From: Octopus bimaculoides
Taxonomy: Eukaryota
NCBI RefSeq assembly: GCF_001194135.2
Contig: NC_068992.1
Location: 24,217,169-24,281,168 of the forward strand
Reading direction: 5' to 3'
DNA length: 64,000 nt
Positions 38,887 to 51,825 of the stretch are shown here, one piece after another (within the stretch, counting starts at the first letter, position 1; every line of letters starts with the position of its first letter). The translations under genes and the position numbers were made by a program. The notes below the pieces were generated by a model that searched no databases, had not been told where the DNA came from, and was given only the letters and a program-made list of their open reading frames with translations.

Positions 38887-39554
38887 CTATGACAAAATAT
38901 TTAAATATTTATTTTTCTCCCACCTGAAACAACATCCGTCTTGTATTTCTAATATAGTTTCATATGTTGTATTATCTGACTAGAAGTAATGGTAAGTTTT
39001 ATACAGTACATTAATCATTACATTCCATCGGATATTATGTTTTAGCAAATAAGTATATGGATATTTGTCTGCTTTCACTATGAATATTCCAGTTATTTGA
39101 TCAAATGAACCACCGACACATTAACATATGTCTGTAAATGGTTGAGCACTTCACAGACTGACTAAATTAAAGCAGATTTTCTAAGACTGGGTACCCCTCC
39201 TGTTGCCACTTTTTACCCGTTTCCAAGTTAATATTTCCCCAGTGACCTTCAGAGATTAAAAAGGAAGTACGATGCATTCATGATAGTAACACTTGTATAC
39301 TTCTATCACTCAAAGTCAGAGCAAGAAAACAGTAGTACATACACAAAAACGCATGCACACGCACACACGCTCACACACAAACATGCACATGATGGACTTC
39401 TGTTATGGTTGACCCATGGCTATAGTAGAAGACACTTGTCCAAGATACCATTCAGTGAGACTGAACCAGGAACCATGTGGTTGGAATGGGAACCTCTCAC
39501 CACACACCTAGCTATAAAGTCACGAATACTAATGTCATTATTAAAAGGAGTAAA

Positions 39555-40185
39555 TTTCCCCTTTGGACATAAATGACCATAGGATTGCACTTATAGTGTT
39601 ATCCTCTGAGGCACAAGTCTGGGCATTGTTATTTATGGAAGACCAGCAGTCACCCATGAATACCGGCCTCCCTGCTCCACGCCACAGGTGTTATCCAAGG
39701 AAAAGGCAAAGGCCAATACAGCTTGGCACCAATGACATCACAACTCATTTCTACAGTTGAATTAACTGGAGCAACATGAAATAAAGTGTCTTGCTCAAGA
39801 CCACAACACACAGCCTGGTCCGGGAATACATATATGTATAGATATATAGAGTAAAGACCTCCTTTGGTCATAAATGACCATGGGATTGTACCTAGAAAGT
39901 TATCCTCTGAGGCAGAAGTCTGGGCAAAGTTGTTCATGGAAGACCAGCAGTCGCCCATGCATACCAGCCTCTCCTCTCCATGTCACTGATGTTGTCCAAC
40001 GGAAAGGCAAAAGTTGATACAGCTTGGCACCAGTGATGTTGCAACCCATTTCTACAGATGAATGAACTGGAGGAACGTAAATAAAAAGTCTTGCTCAAGA
40101 ACACAACACACAACCCAGTCCAAGTTTCGAACTGACTACCGCCTCATTGTGAGGCCGATGCTATAACCACTGAGACATGTGCCTT
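39555..40185 (-). mobile_element. Two tandem SINE family C long-form copies
   Basis: Reverse complement matches 24816-25131. Confidence 0.8.
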
Positions 40186-40216
40186 CATGATGTCACTGTT
40201 ATACGTTGGTATCATA

Positions 40217-40440
40217 AAGCAGCGAGCTGGCAGAACCGTTATCACACAGGGAAAAATGCTTAGCAGCGTTTTGTTCAACTTTAAATTCTGATTCAAATGC
40301 TGCTGCTACTGCTGCTGCTGCTGGAGTTGACTTTGCCTTTCATCCTCTTCAGATAAATAAAACAAGTACCAGTTGAACACTGGGGACAATGTAATCAACT
40401 AACCCCACACCCCTTAAATTGCTGGCCTTGTGCCAAACAT
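40217..40440 (+). mobile_element. SINE family A
   Basis: Head gcagcgagctggcagaaccg plus central domain. Confidence 0.75.
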
Positions 40441-40610
40441 TTGAAACCATCATTATAAACATCATACAAGTGAGAGTACCATGAGTTATAAAAATACTGT
40501 AATACTTTTTTGTGAAAGTACCATGAGCTGTGAGGAGAAAATTCAGTGAAAATAGCCACCAAAATCTCACAACAATGACAAGGGAGGAATAATTTTTGAA
40601 ACAATAGAAA

Positions 40611-40870
40611 TCATCATCATCATCGTTTAACATCCGCTTTCCATGCTAGCATGGGTTGGACGATTTGACTGAGGACTGGTGAAACCGGATGGCAACACCA
40701 GCCTCCAATCTGATTTGGCAGAGTTTCTACAGTTGGATGCCCTTCCTAATGCCAACCACTCAGAGAGTGTAGTGGGTGCTTTTACGTGTCACCCGCACGA
40801 AGGCCAGTCAGGCAGTACTGGCAACGGCCACGCTCAAAGTGGTGTATTTTATGTGCCACCTGCACAAGAG
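40611..40870 (-). mobile_element. RTE LINE 3' UTR fragment
   Basis: Same 3' end as the other copies. Confidence 0.8.
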
Positions 40871-41404
40871 TCAGCATGGCCACAGTCAAATGGCTGAAAC
40901 AAATAAAAGAATAAAGAATATTCCACTTTCAGATTCACACACCTATTGCAGTGGTCCTTCTGTGTTTTACTAAGTCTAGTAAGAGAACTCAGAATGTGGG
41001 GTCTTCCAACTAGGCCTTTTATGATACCCTTAAAGCCAAGAACTTTCCAGTCCCCTTCCCCTGTAGACAGGCAGATGGAAATAGAGAGAATACATGCGTG
41101 TGCATATTTATGGCAATGCGTTTAGTGTTGAAGGAAAGTTGGTTTTAATAACATTCGCTCTTACATTTCCGATATCAGTTTTCTGTGTAGTCAGACTTGT
41201 TAGAATGCAAACACAGAAATACGGTACACATGTAGATCGAGAAAACTAGCCGCAGAGAGTTGCACAAACATAGACACATCAGTTATGTCTGATGTATGGA
41301 AACAAAGTTTTCTATAGGTCTATTCATAGGTCAGAAGGTTTGGTACTTGTACACCAAAAAGACACATACACACACACTCACATACACACACACACACATT
41401 CACA

Positions 41405-41567
41405 TATACACACACACATGCACACGCTATCAGAAACATATACACATGCAAACACACATACGCACACACATACTATCAGAAACATATACACATATACACA
41501 CACATGCAAACACGCATACGCACACACATACTATCAGAATCACATACACATATACACACATGCACAC
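41405..41567. repeat. CA-rich minisatellite with three ctatcagaa-containing units, running into a gap
   Basis: ctatcagaa recurs at about 41427, 41473 and 41531. Confidence 0.7.
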
Positions 41568-42746
41568 NNNNNNNNNNNNNNNNNNNNNNNNNNNNNNNNN
41601 NNNNNNNNNNNNNNNNNNNNNNNNNNNNNNNNNNNNNNNNNNNNNNNNNNNNNNNNNNNNNNNNNNNNNNNNNNNNNNNNNNNNNNNNNNNNNNNNNNNN
41701 NNNNNNNNNNNNNNNNNNNNNNNNNNNNNNNNNNNNNNNNNNNNNNNNNNNNNNNNNNNNNNNNNNNNNNNNNNNNNNNNNNNNNNNNNNNNNNNNNNNN
41801 NNNNNNNNNNNNNNNNNNNNNNNNNNNNNNNNNNNNNNNNNNNNNNNNNNNNNNNNNNNNNNNNNNNNNNNNNNNNNNNNNNNNNNNNNNNNNNNNNNNN
41901 NNNNNNNNNNNNNNNNNNNNNNNNNNNNNNNNNNNNNNNNNNNNNNNNNNNNNNNNNNNNNNNNNNNNNNNNNNNNNNNNNNNNNNNNNNNNNNNNNNNN
42001 NNNNNNNNNNNNNNNNNNNNNNNNNNNNNNNNNNNNNNNNNNNNNNNNNNNNNNNNNNNNNNNNNNNNNNNNNNNNNNNNNNNNNNNNNNNNNNNNNNNN
42101 NNNNNNNNNNNNNNNNNNNNNNNNNNNNNNNNNNNNNNNNNNNNNNNNNNNNNNNNNNNNNNNNNNNNNNNNNNNNNNNNNNNNNNNNNNNNNNNNNNNN
42201 NNNNNNNNNNNNNNNNNNNNNNNNNNNNNNNNNNNNNNNNNNNNNNNNNNNNNNNNNNNNNNNNNNNNNNNNNNNNNNNNNNNNNNNNNNNNNNNNNNNA
42301 AAAAAAAAAAAAAAAAATGTTTATGTTTCTTAAACAAAAAGTGTGGATGTAGAAGACAAATGACTTACTTTAGGTTCTCTTCTGTGTTATGCTATTAGCG
42401 TTTGCACTGACACTTCGATTAAAAACCATAAATTAGATGGTTTGTTTATACAACTTCTAATGAGGACTATCAACACCTCCATACCACATAGTCACAACTC
42501 ACCACCTCATAGTCATCGTTATTTACACGTGTACACAGACCACCTATCATTGCACTTTGTGTGCACACAACTCACAAGACGCCCAAACATCTATGTATGT
42601 ATGCATATAGGCATTGTCATCATTGTTGTCATTATCATGTGTGTGTGTATGTGTATATATATAAATTTATTAATAAGGGTAGAAATTGATATTAATCAAT
42701 TAAAACCAGTGGTCTAGCATATTAAAAAAAATCCGAAGATTAAAAT

Positions 42747-42945
42747 TATATTACATACAAAAATAAGAGGAACGACCAGCAAAAGTAGACTCCTATATGG
42801 TAGAAATAGATGCCGAATCATCTAACCACGAAAAATATGTTCTCAGTATGTTCTCAGTTTTCGTGGTTAGATAATTCGGCATCTATTTCTAGCATATAGG
42901 AGTCCACTTTTGCTGGTCATTCCTCTTATTTTTGTATGTAATATA
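42747..42945. repeat. Inverted repeat: 88-bp arms, 23-bp spacer, 4 mismatches
   Basis: 42747-42834 vs reverse complement of 42858-42945; spacer holds tatgttctcag twice. Confidence 0.92.
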
Positions 42946-44034
42946 TATATATTACATACACACACACACACACATATATGTGCTGNNNNNNNNNNNNNNN
43001 NNNNNNNNNNNNNNNNNNNNNNNNNNNNNNNNNNNNNNNNNNNNNNNNNNNNNNNNNNNNNNNNNNNNNNNNNNNNNNNNNNNNNNNNNNNNNNNNNNNN
43101 NNNNNNNNNNNNNNNNNNNNNNNNNNNNNNNNNNNNNNNNNNNNNNNNNNNNNNNNNNNNNNNNNNNNNNNNNNNNNNNNNNNNNNNNNNNNNNNNNNNN
43201 NNNNNNNNNNNNNNNNNNNNNNNNNNNNNNNNNNNNNNNNNNNNNNNNNNNNNNNNNNNNNNNNNNNNNNNNNNNNNNNNNNNNNNNNNNNNNNNNNNNN
43301 NNNNNNNNNNNNNNNNNNNNNNNNNNNNNNNNNNNNNNNNNNNNNNNNNNNNNNNNNNNNNNNNNNNNNNNNNNNNNNNNNNNNNNNNNNNNNNNNNNNN
43401 NNNNNNNNNNNNNNNNNNNNNNNNNNNNNNNNNNNNNNNNNNNNNNNNNNNNNNNNNNNNNNNNNNNNNNNNNNNNNNNNNNNNNNNNNNNNNNNNNNNN
43501 NNNNNNNNNNNNNNNNNNNNNNNNNNNNNNNNNNNNNNNNNNNNNNNNNNNNNNNNNNNNNNNNNNNNNNNNNNNNNNNNNNNNNNNNNNNNNNNNNNNN
43601 NNNNNNNNNNNNNNNNNNNNNNNNNNNNNNNNNNNNNNNNNNNNNNNNNNNNNNNNNNNNNNNNNNNNNNATGGTCAAAGTAATACTTCATTCATAAAAT
43701 CCACATATGCACACATATACACACACATACACACGCACACCCTAACCAACTAATTGTCACATATATTTATAGATAAATTCTTCTATTTTACATAATATCG
43801 AGGTCTCATTCATTCTTTTGTTATCACATTATTATTGTAATCGCGAAATCGGCCGATGCTCAGTTAAGTTTATTTAAAAGAAAGTTGGTCGTCTTCTGCT
43901 GGTTGTTTTTCCTCGCATTAGGTACTAAATGTGGTTATTTTGAGAAGTCCACTGTGTGGCATTATTATTTTCTGTAATAATGCCCTTTATATAAATATAT
44001 ATATATTTATATATATATACACACACACACATAA

Positions 44035-44190
44035 TGGCCTTTCAGTTTATGTCTACCAAATCCATTCATAAGGCTTTGGTCAGCCCTGGGTTATATTAAA
44101 AGGCATTTGCCCAAAGTGATGCACAGCAGGATTGAACCTCAGACTGCATGGCTGCATGCTTAAGAAGTAAGCTTCTTAAACCTGCAGCTA
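44035..44190 (-). mobile_element. SINE family B head/CORE part (degenerate)
   Basis: Similar to 6245-6405. Confidence 0.65.
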
Positions 44191-44246
44191 TACCAGCAGC
44201 TATGTGTATGTATATTTGTATGTGTGTATGTGTATATATCTATATC

Positions 44247-44289
<43 letters not shown>

Positions 44290-44399
44290 NNNNNNNNNNN
44301 NNNNNNNNNNNNNNNNNNNNNNNNNNNNNNNNNNNNNNNNNNNNNNNNNNNNNNNNNNNNNNNNNNNNNNNNNNNNNNNNNNNNNNNNNNNNNNNNNNN

Positions 44400-44717
44400 T
44401 GGAGAAAACGCATGTTATAATTGCATACTTTATTCCTACATATGCTTCAAAGGATTACAACCTGTGTGATCCATAGGGATCTTTGATATTAAAATTGTAA
44501 CCTTCTCATCAGGGAAAGCATGGGAATCATCTTAAACGTAAGACATTATGACCGATTATAATCGGTCATAATGTCTTACGTTTAAGATGATTCCCGTGCT
44601 TTCCCTGATGAGAAGGTTACAATTTTAATATCAAAGATCCCTATGGATCACACAGGTTGTAATCCTTTGAAGCATATGTAGGAATAAAGTATGCAATTAT
44701 AACATGCGTTTTCTCCA
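44400..44717. repeat. Spacer-less palindrome: 159-bp arms, 1 mismatch
   Basis: Centre between 44558 and 44559; only mismatch 44521/44596; left end abuts an N gap. Confidence 0.93.
44601..44684 (+). ncRNA. Type I hammerhead-like motif with long stem II (mirror copy on the minus strand at 44433-44516)
   Basis: TTCC CTGATGA GAAGGTTACAA [loop] TTGTAATCCTTT GAAG C ATAT G TA GGAA; G instead of the conserved A15.1. Confidence 0.55.
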
Positions 44718-45371
44718 ATCCTTAAATTCTTATATATATGCACTCATACATGTTTTACTTGTCTGGCGACATATTTATTTGTCTCGTTCTTGCTTTGTAA
44801 TCTTCAGCATTTTACTTGGTTCTCTCTCTCTCTCTCTCTTCTCTCTCTCACTCACTCTCTCTCGCTCTCATTCACTCACTAATATTGTCTGAAGTTACAC
44901 ACTACACCATTATCAGTTGTTATTAAATTATCAGTCTGATAATAGACAAAGTAATATGTGTCTACCAATATTCCACAATTGGCACTTTGGCACTTGGTGA
45001 AGAAATTTTTCACATTCTTCCCATCACCCAATGAGTGAAATACTACACAGTCATTCGACCTGCCAGAAACAGTACCAGTCGAATCTCAGCTTACACCCTA
45101 TCATCTTGAAATATCAACACATGCCAAGGGGGTAGTCCTAGATATACAATGCCTGAAAGGCAGAGAGATGGCCATGAGCAGAATGTGATCAATTACATAC
45201 AAGTCTACTGAATGACATGACAGGTAAATTGTGGTTAATTAATGTAAAAAAATTTGTAATACTAATAATACTAATAAGAGAAATTGTTATGTACTTTTGC
45301 AAGAAGCAGGTGTAAATTATAAGCAGAGGTGATTGCTGATTCTATAACCATATTGCATCTATGGAGCTTTT

Positions 45372-45600
45372 TATGTGCTGGTTCCATGTAAAGACCACTT
45401 GTGTTGGAGCCACTGAAAGATCATCCATGTTTGTTGGTGCTGTGTCACCAAAAAATCCCACGCCAGCACGGAAAAATGGACATTAAATGGTGATGAAGAT
45501 GATGATGATGATAGCGACGACGATGATGGTGAGATGATGATGGTGGTGATGATGACCATGATGATGATGCTGATGGTGATGATGATGATAATGATGATGA
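45372..45600 (+). mobile_element. RTE LINE 3' end with long degenerate (GAT)n tail
   Basis: gcacggaaaaatggacattaaatggtgatga... Confidence 0.55.
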
Positions 45601-45805
45601 TGTAGCAACACTACTAACTTTGGCTTCGGAGATTTAATTGGTAGGAGTGAATTCTCATTGCAGTCAATTGTTGTTCGAAATCCACACTTCATGGTAACAA
45701 AGCCCAGATCTCTTTTTACAATGTTGCTTCTGTTTTTACAAATGAATAAAAAAAAACAAAAACAACTGTGCTACATAATTAAAGCTAAGTAATATTAGTT
45801 ATATG

Positions 45806-46345
45806 AAGGCATGTGGCCTAGTGATTTGAGTCACAAGATCGTGAGTTCAATTCCAGGACTCAGTGGCAAATTGTGTTCATCAGCAAAACACTTTTTTTCA
45901 TATTGCTCCAGTCCAATCAGCTGTAAATGGATAACCCTGTGACAGACGAGGAGGAATGTTGCACATGTGGAGTGGAGGCACGTGGCTTAGTGGTTATGGT
46001 CTTGAACTAATGATTGTAAGATAGTGGTTTCGAATCCTAGACTGAGCAACATGTGTTCTTGAACAAAACTCCAGTCTGCTCAGCTGCAAAATGGATAACC
46101 CTGTGACAGACTAGCTTTCCAATCATAGGGAATGTTGTGCATGTGGAGGCATATGGTTGAGTGGTTAGGATATTAGACTCATGATCATAAGATAGTGGTT
46201 TTGATTTGTGGATTGAGTGACACTCCATTTCACTTAGCTCCGGTCCACTCAGCTGGCAAAAATGAATAATCCTGCAATGGATCAGCAACCCATCCAGGTG
46301 AGAAATATATATGCCGTGCAACTGGGAAACTGGCCCTTGTAAGTC
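45806..46345 (+). mobile_element. Three tandem SINE family C copies
   Basis: Heads at about 45806, 45975 and 46143. Confidence 0.75.
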
Positions 46346-46431
46346 GCCATGACTTGAAAAGGTAACTACACTTTACTTTAATGTCGAGCACATATAATAT
46401 TTTTTTCAAAATCGATGATGTGGCCGATGAC

Positions 46432-46908
46432 AGTACCACCTGATTGGCACTTGTGCCAGTAGAATGTTAAAAGCACATCCGAATGAGATCGTTGCTAGGG
46501 CCATGGATTGGCTCCTGTGCCAGTGGCACGTGAAAAGCACCATTCGAGCATGATCATTGCCAGAGTCGCCCTACGAGCACATGTGCCGGTGGAACGCGTA
46601 AAACAACATTCAAGCATGGTCACTGCCAGTGCCGCCGGACTAGCTCCCATGCAGGTAGCATGTAAAAAACACCTTATGAGTATGGTCGTTGCCAGAACCG
46701 CCTGACTGGCCCTTGTGCTGGTGTCACATGAAAGCACGTACTAAACTCTCAGAGTGGTTGGCGTTAGGAAGGGCATCCAGCTGTAGAAACTTTGCCAGAT
46801 CAGAGTGAGCCTGGTGAAACCTCTGGCTCACCAGTCCTCAGTCAAACCGTCCAATCCATGCCAGCATGGAAAGTGGACGTTAAACGACAACGATGATGAT
46901 GATGATGC
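46432..46908 (+). mobile_element. RTE LINE 3' UTR with (GAT)n tail
   Basis: Five internal sub-repeats plus the conserved 3' end. Confidence 0.8.
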
Positions 46909-47100
46909 TATTAAGACATTGTTCCACAAGAAACCACTAAAACTAACTCATCTACAAATATTCATACAAAATTCCACCTTGTAATGCTCCTCTCTAATAG
47001 CGCTTAAACACTCACTAAAGATGACATATTTTATTCCTAAGAGTTTGATGTTTCCAAGGTCAGTTTTTTTTTTTATTTATTCCATTTCCTTCTCTGGTAT

Positions 47101-47166
<66 letters not shown>

Positions 47167-47324
47167 ATTTTCAGAAAACTGTGGCAACAACTACTGCAGC
47201 ATTGAAAAGAAGATGTCTCTTCACCTGTGTACATTGAATAAGAAAGAACAGCTTGATTTTTGTTCCTTTTGACATATCAATATGATCAATGGAATAGAGA
47301 GGATGATGATAATGATAATGATAA

Positions 47325-47356
<32 letters not shown>

Positions 47357-47580
47357 ATAATAATAATGAGGATGATGATGATAATGATAAACGATAAAAT
47401 AAGAACAGCACAGAAAGGTTATTGATGTGAATTTGTGTGCTAGAAAAGACTTTGGAGCAACTGTTTGCCACCCAATCTTGAAGGTCACGGAACTGATACC
47501 AACTGAAGGTTACTACAGAAGTCAAAAAGACATTGACTACATTCCTCACCTTCATGTGTCTCCTTCTCCCCATATCTCTC

Positions 47581-47622
<42 letters not shown>

Positions 47623-47797
47623 ATTGCGTGTTTATACATTATAATATAAACATTCAGACATACCGACATACACAAAGAATATTTGTACAATAGTTAGTGT
47701 GTATATTATGCACACGCACATGTGCGCATGGCTGCATTTAATTAGTAGAAGTTACAGAGTGACTCAAGGGCCACAAGTTTCATGCACGCTCAGCATG

Positions 47798-47832
<35 letters not shown>

Positions 47833-48267
47833 AAGGCTATGAAGGGTATTGGAGTCAACCAAACCCTAAGGATACAGGTAATACCGAGTAAGTGCTGTAT
47901 ACCGACTAGTTTTGCCCCTGTNNNNNNNNNNCAAACTTATATCTGTATATATAAAACTAAGTTAGCTCTTACCCAGCAGACATATTGTCAAAGGCCTTCT
48001 AGCCATGACTAACAAAAAAAAAAAGAAAAAAACATTGCTCAAAGTATTAGATAATAAGGTGTGATGTGAGGGAAATTTGGTCTTCTCAGCTGACCAACCA
48101 TATGCTTTCTCATTTAATTTGCATGTTGGTAAACTTTATGCACTAGTGTGATTATGTGTGTGTATGTGTATGATTGTGTGCATGTGTGTGTGTTTATGCA
48201 TTCAAATGCATGCATATATCTGCATATTGAATATTAGCATATCAAGTTTTTAGTATGCATGGATCTT

Positions 48268-48722
48268 TTATCTTTTACTTGTTTCAATCATTAGACTGTG
48301 GCCATGCTGGGGCACCAACTTGAAAAATTTTTAGTTGGATGAATTAACCCAAGGACTTATTGTTTTTGTTAAGCTTTGCTACTTATTCTATCAGTGTCAT
48401 TGGCCGAAACACCTAAATTTCAGGGACGTAAACACACCAGCACTCCTTGTCAAGCAGTGGTGGGAGACAAACAGACATGAAGACAGACAGACAGACAAAC
48501 AGATATGAAGACACACACACACCAATGCACACACACATGCACACACACACACACACATATGATGGCTTCTTTCAGTTTCCATCTATGAAATCCACTCACA
48601 AGGCTTTGGTTTGCCCGAGGCTATTGTAGAAGACACTTGCCCAAGGTGTCACACAGTAGGACTGAACCTGGAACCAAATGGTTGGGAAGCAAGCTTCATA
48701 CCACACAGTCAAGCCTCCACCC
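48268..48722 (-). mobile_element. SINE family B, full length with internal (CA)n
   Basis: Tail, microsatellite, CORE-like part and tRNA head all present. Confidence 0.85.
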
Positions 48723-48785
48723 ATGTGCATGTTTGAGTGATACAAACGTACATAAGATGTTTTTACATATATATTGTTTTTTCAG

Positions 48786-48875
48786 AAAGTAAATGATGAT
48801 GATAAACAAATTAAATTATTGAATGAAGGAACTTCTTGTAATAATAATCCAAACAGAGAGAGAAAGAAGAAAATG
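48786..48875 (+). CDS. Putative 90-nt exon KVNDDDKQIKLLNEGTSCNNNPNRERKKKM
   Basis: Strong acceptor attgttttttcag and donor ATG|gtaagc; only frame 0 open; phase 0->0. Confidence 0.5.
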
Positions 48876-49027
48876 GTAAGCTTGTATTTCCAATAATTCT
48901 ATAAATATAGCAGTGCTTGACGAGAAATTTTACAGATGAATCAATGATATCAGGACAATTCCATAGATACTAGGACAATTCCGTGGACATCATTACTATT
49001 AGAATGAGTCTATTGTTGTGTCAGAAG

Positions 49028-49262
49028 AGGCGGTGAGCTGGCAGAGATGTTAGCGTGCTGGGCGAAATGCTTAGCGGTATTTCGTCTGCCATTACGTTCT
49101 GAGTTCAAATTCCGCTGAGGTCAACTTTGCCTTTCATCCTTTTGGGGTCGATAGATTAAGTACCAGTTACACACTGGAGTTGATGTAATTGACTTAATTC
49201 GTTTGTCTGTCCTTGTTTGTCCCCTCCATGTTTAGCCCCTTGTGGGCAATAAAGAAATAAGA
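49028..49262 (+). mobile_element. SINE family A
   Basis: Full head, central domain and tail. Confidence 0.85.
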
Positions 49263-49428
49263 ATTAGGGAAAGATAGGGACCAGTCCATTAATGTATCAG
49301 TGATAGAGGGGACATTGAATAGATGATACCCATATATGGTGGGATCAATAAGGGACAAGATTGAACTGTAGTTATAACAGAAATTTTGAAGCCACCAGAT
49401 ATGTATGTGTGAAAGACAATTCTTTTTA

Positions 49429-49619
49429 TACAGTTCTATATTTAAGAGATGAGGAATTATGTACATTATTTACATTATTTTCTACATTTTGATGGATTTT
49501 GTCCTCATCTTGTTTGTTTTTAACATAACGTTTCAGCTGATATACCCTCCAGCCTTCATCAGGTGTCTTGAGGAAATTTCGAAGTTGGGTTCTCATTCCT
49601 AAGGTATTTTTCGATGTTG

Positions 49620-49661
<42 letters not shown>

Positions 49662-49676
49662 TCACTACTTGGAATC
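49429..49676 (-). mobile_element. 5'-truncated inverted copy of the tRNA-headed hammerhead element
   Basis: Reverse complement aligns to 49780-49972 and continues into the 3' end seen at 53390-53440. Confidence 0.85.
49522..49567 (-). ncRNA. Minimal type I hammerhead ribozyme
   Basis: Reverse complement: GACAC CTGATGA A GGCTG gagggtatat CAGCT GAAA CG TT ATGTT; C-A mismatch next to the cleavage site. Confidence 0.6.
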
Positions 49677-49726
49677 TTGAACAGCATATAAGAACTGGTA
49701 TTAAAATTCACTCCATAATTGTCTAT

Positions 49727-49972
49727 GGGCACATGGCATAGTGGTTAAGAGCGTGGGCTACTAACCCCAAGATTCCGAGTTCGATTCCAGGCAGTGACCT
49801 GAATGATAATAATAATAATAATAACAACAACATCGAAAAATACCTTAGGAATGAGAACCCAGGATCGAAATTTCCCCAAGATACCTGATGAAGGCTGGTG
49901 GGTATATCAGCCGAAACGTTGTGTTAACAACAGACAAGATGATGCCAAAATGTAGAAACTAATGTAAATAAT
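49727..49972 (+). mobile_element. tRNA-headed SINE-like element carrying a hammerhead ribozyme
   Basis: A box TGGCATAGTGG, B box GAGTTCGATTCC, (AAT)n linker, then hammerhead region. Confidence 0.8.
49880..49925 (+). ncRNA. Minimal type I hammerhead ribozyme
   Basis: GATAC CTGATGA A GGCTG gtgggtatat CAGCC GAAA CG TT GTGTT; palindromic AACGTT stem III; predicted cleavage after 49920. Confidence 0.75.
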
Positions 49973-50744
49973 TCTTTTTATCTTTGTTAATTGTAAAATA
50001 AGAAATCAGATTAAGTATACAGAGAAATGTTTGTGTTTAATTGGCAAGAAATGTTGCCGTAATGATTTAGCGACATTAATTCCAAAATTAGATTGCAATA
50101 ACTAAAACATCTTATAAATAAATGTGTATGTAATTTATTCAGTCATCAATTTGCTTCTTATACATAAATACATATTTGTAATGTTCCCCATCAAACACAA
50201 GAGATTGAGTTTATCTAATTAAAAGTTGTACTTTTGACAGTTGAGCTGTGAATTTACACAGTGCTTTCTTTTGTCCAAGTCTCGAAATGTTGTAGAGAAT
50301 TCTTTGAAACAAAAACACTCTCCTAAAATTATTAGAGCATCCAAATAATCCTTTTAAATTCTTTAACTTCATCTTGACACTCATTTAGTGGTTTCACTGA
50401 TGTGACATCTTGTGATCCATGTGTTTAAAGTGTGTGCAACAATAAATGAATTAATTAATTATAGCTAAATCACAAAATATTGATTCTTTTGATTGTTCTA
50501 TATTTACAATAGAAACAACAAAGCATGGAGAGAGAGAAACAAATATTTCTTACATGTGGTTGAGAAGAAAATTTGTCACCACTGATATTAGATAAATATT
50601 GTATTTCTGACTATTGACTCATAATCTAATTAATGTAGTATACATGAAAGCAATGTCTGAGACAGTAGTCTTGCCTTTAATTAGCATCAAGATACTTCAG
50701 TAGTCAACAACCACAAAAACAAAGCATAAAAAAAATAATGTTCG

Positions 50745-51055
50745 TTTATATATGTGTGTGTGTGTATGAGTGTGTGTGTGTATATATATTTATACACACA
50801 AACACACACATATATATACATATATATGTGTATGTTTATATATGTGTGTGTGTGTATATATGTGTGTGTATATATATATATGTGCGTGTGTGTGTGAGTT
50901 TGTATATATATGTGCGTGTGTGTATATGTATATATAAATATATACATATTTATATATATACACACACACACACACATGTATACATATATATGTCTATGTT
51001 TATATATATATATATATACACACACATACACACATATATATACATATATATATAT

Positions 51056-51141
<86 letters not shown>

Positions 51142-51150
51142 GTATGTACA
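50745..51150. repeat. Compound (TG)n/(AT)n/(CA)n microsatellite
   Basis: Direct inspection. Confidence 0.95.
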
Positions 51151-51825
51151 TGTATATTGAAGCATACGTAAATAAATAAATGATATTTTTGTGATTGCAT
51201 TTGAATAACGTCGGGAATTAATTAGATTGAAGAGATTGAGAGAGGAAAGTACTATCCGTATGGAAAGAAAATGGAAGAGGCCTGAAATGAAAGTTTAAAC
51301 CTGCAAATGATCAACTGGCATTTATTAGATTAAATGTCAATAGGGAAGGATAAAAAGTTGCTTTATATAAAGTCAGTCTTGACAAGGAAGTAAATTTGTT
51401 TCTTCATTGTGAGCTCTTGTCAAATATCTCCTTCTTCTGCGATCCATATAATGCTGTCACGGAATATTCTAAAGTGTCTACCATTGAAAGCAGGTCATGA
51501 TTGATTTAATCATTTATACCGCGATATTTTAGTATATACTGAGAGGAATATATATTACATGGTGAATATGATGTATAGAGAAATCCTCTATAAACACGTA
51601 AGGAAATTTATTGATCTGCAGTAAAGATTCGGACAAATATATAATCTAGCTTAGATGTTTGTCGATGTATGTTTAGATGGTATATTTAAATGAAAGTAAA
51701 GAAGATGGCAATTGCAACTCTAATGCCTCTCTTTTCTCTCTCGTTGAGTTGATCGGCTTGAGCTAAATTCCAGGGCAACTTTGCAAATGTTTAAATCAAA
51801 ATCGTAAGTGGATACAAAATAAATA

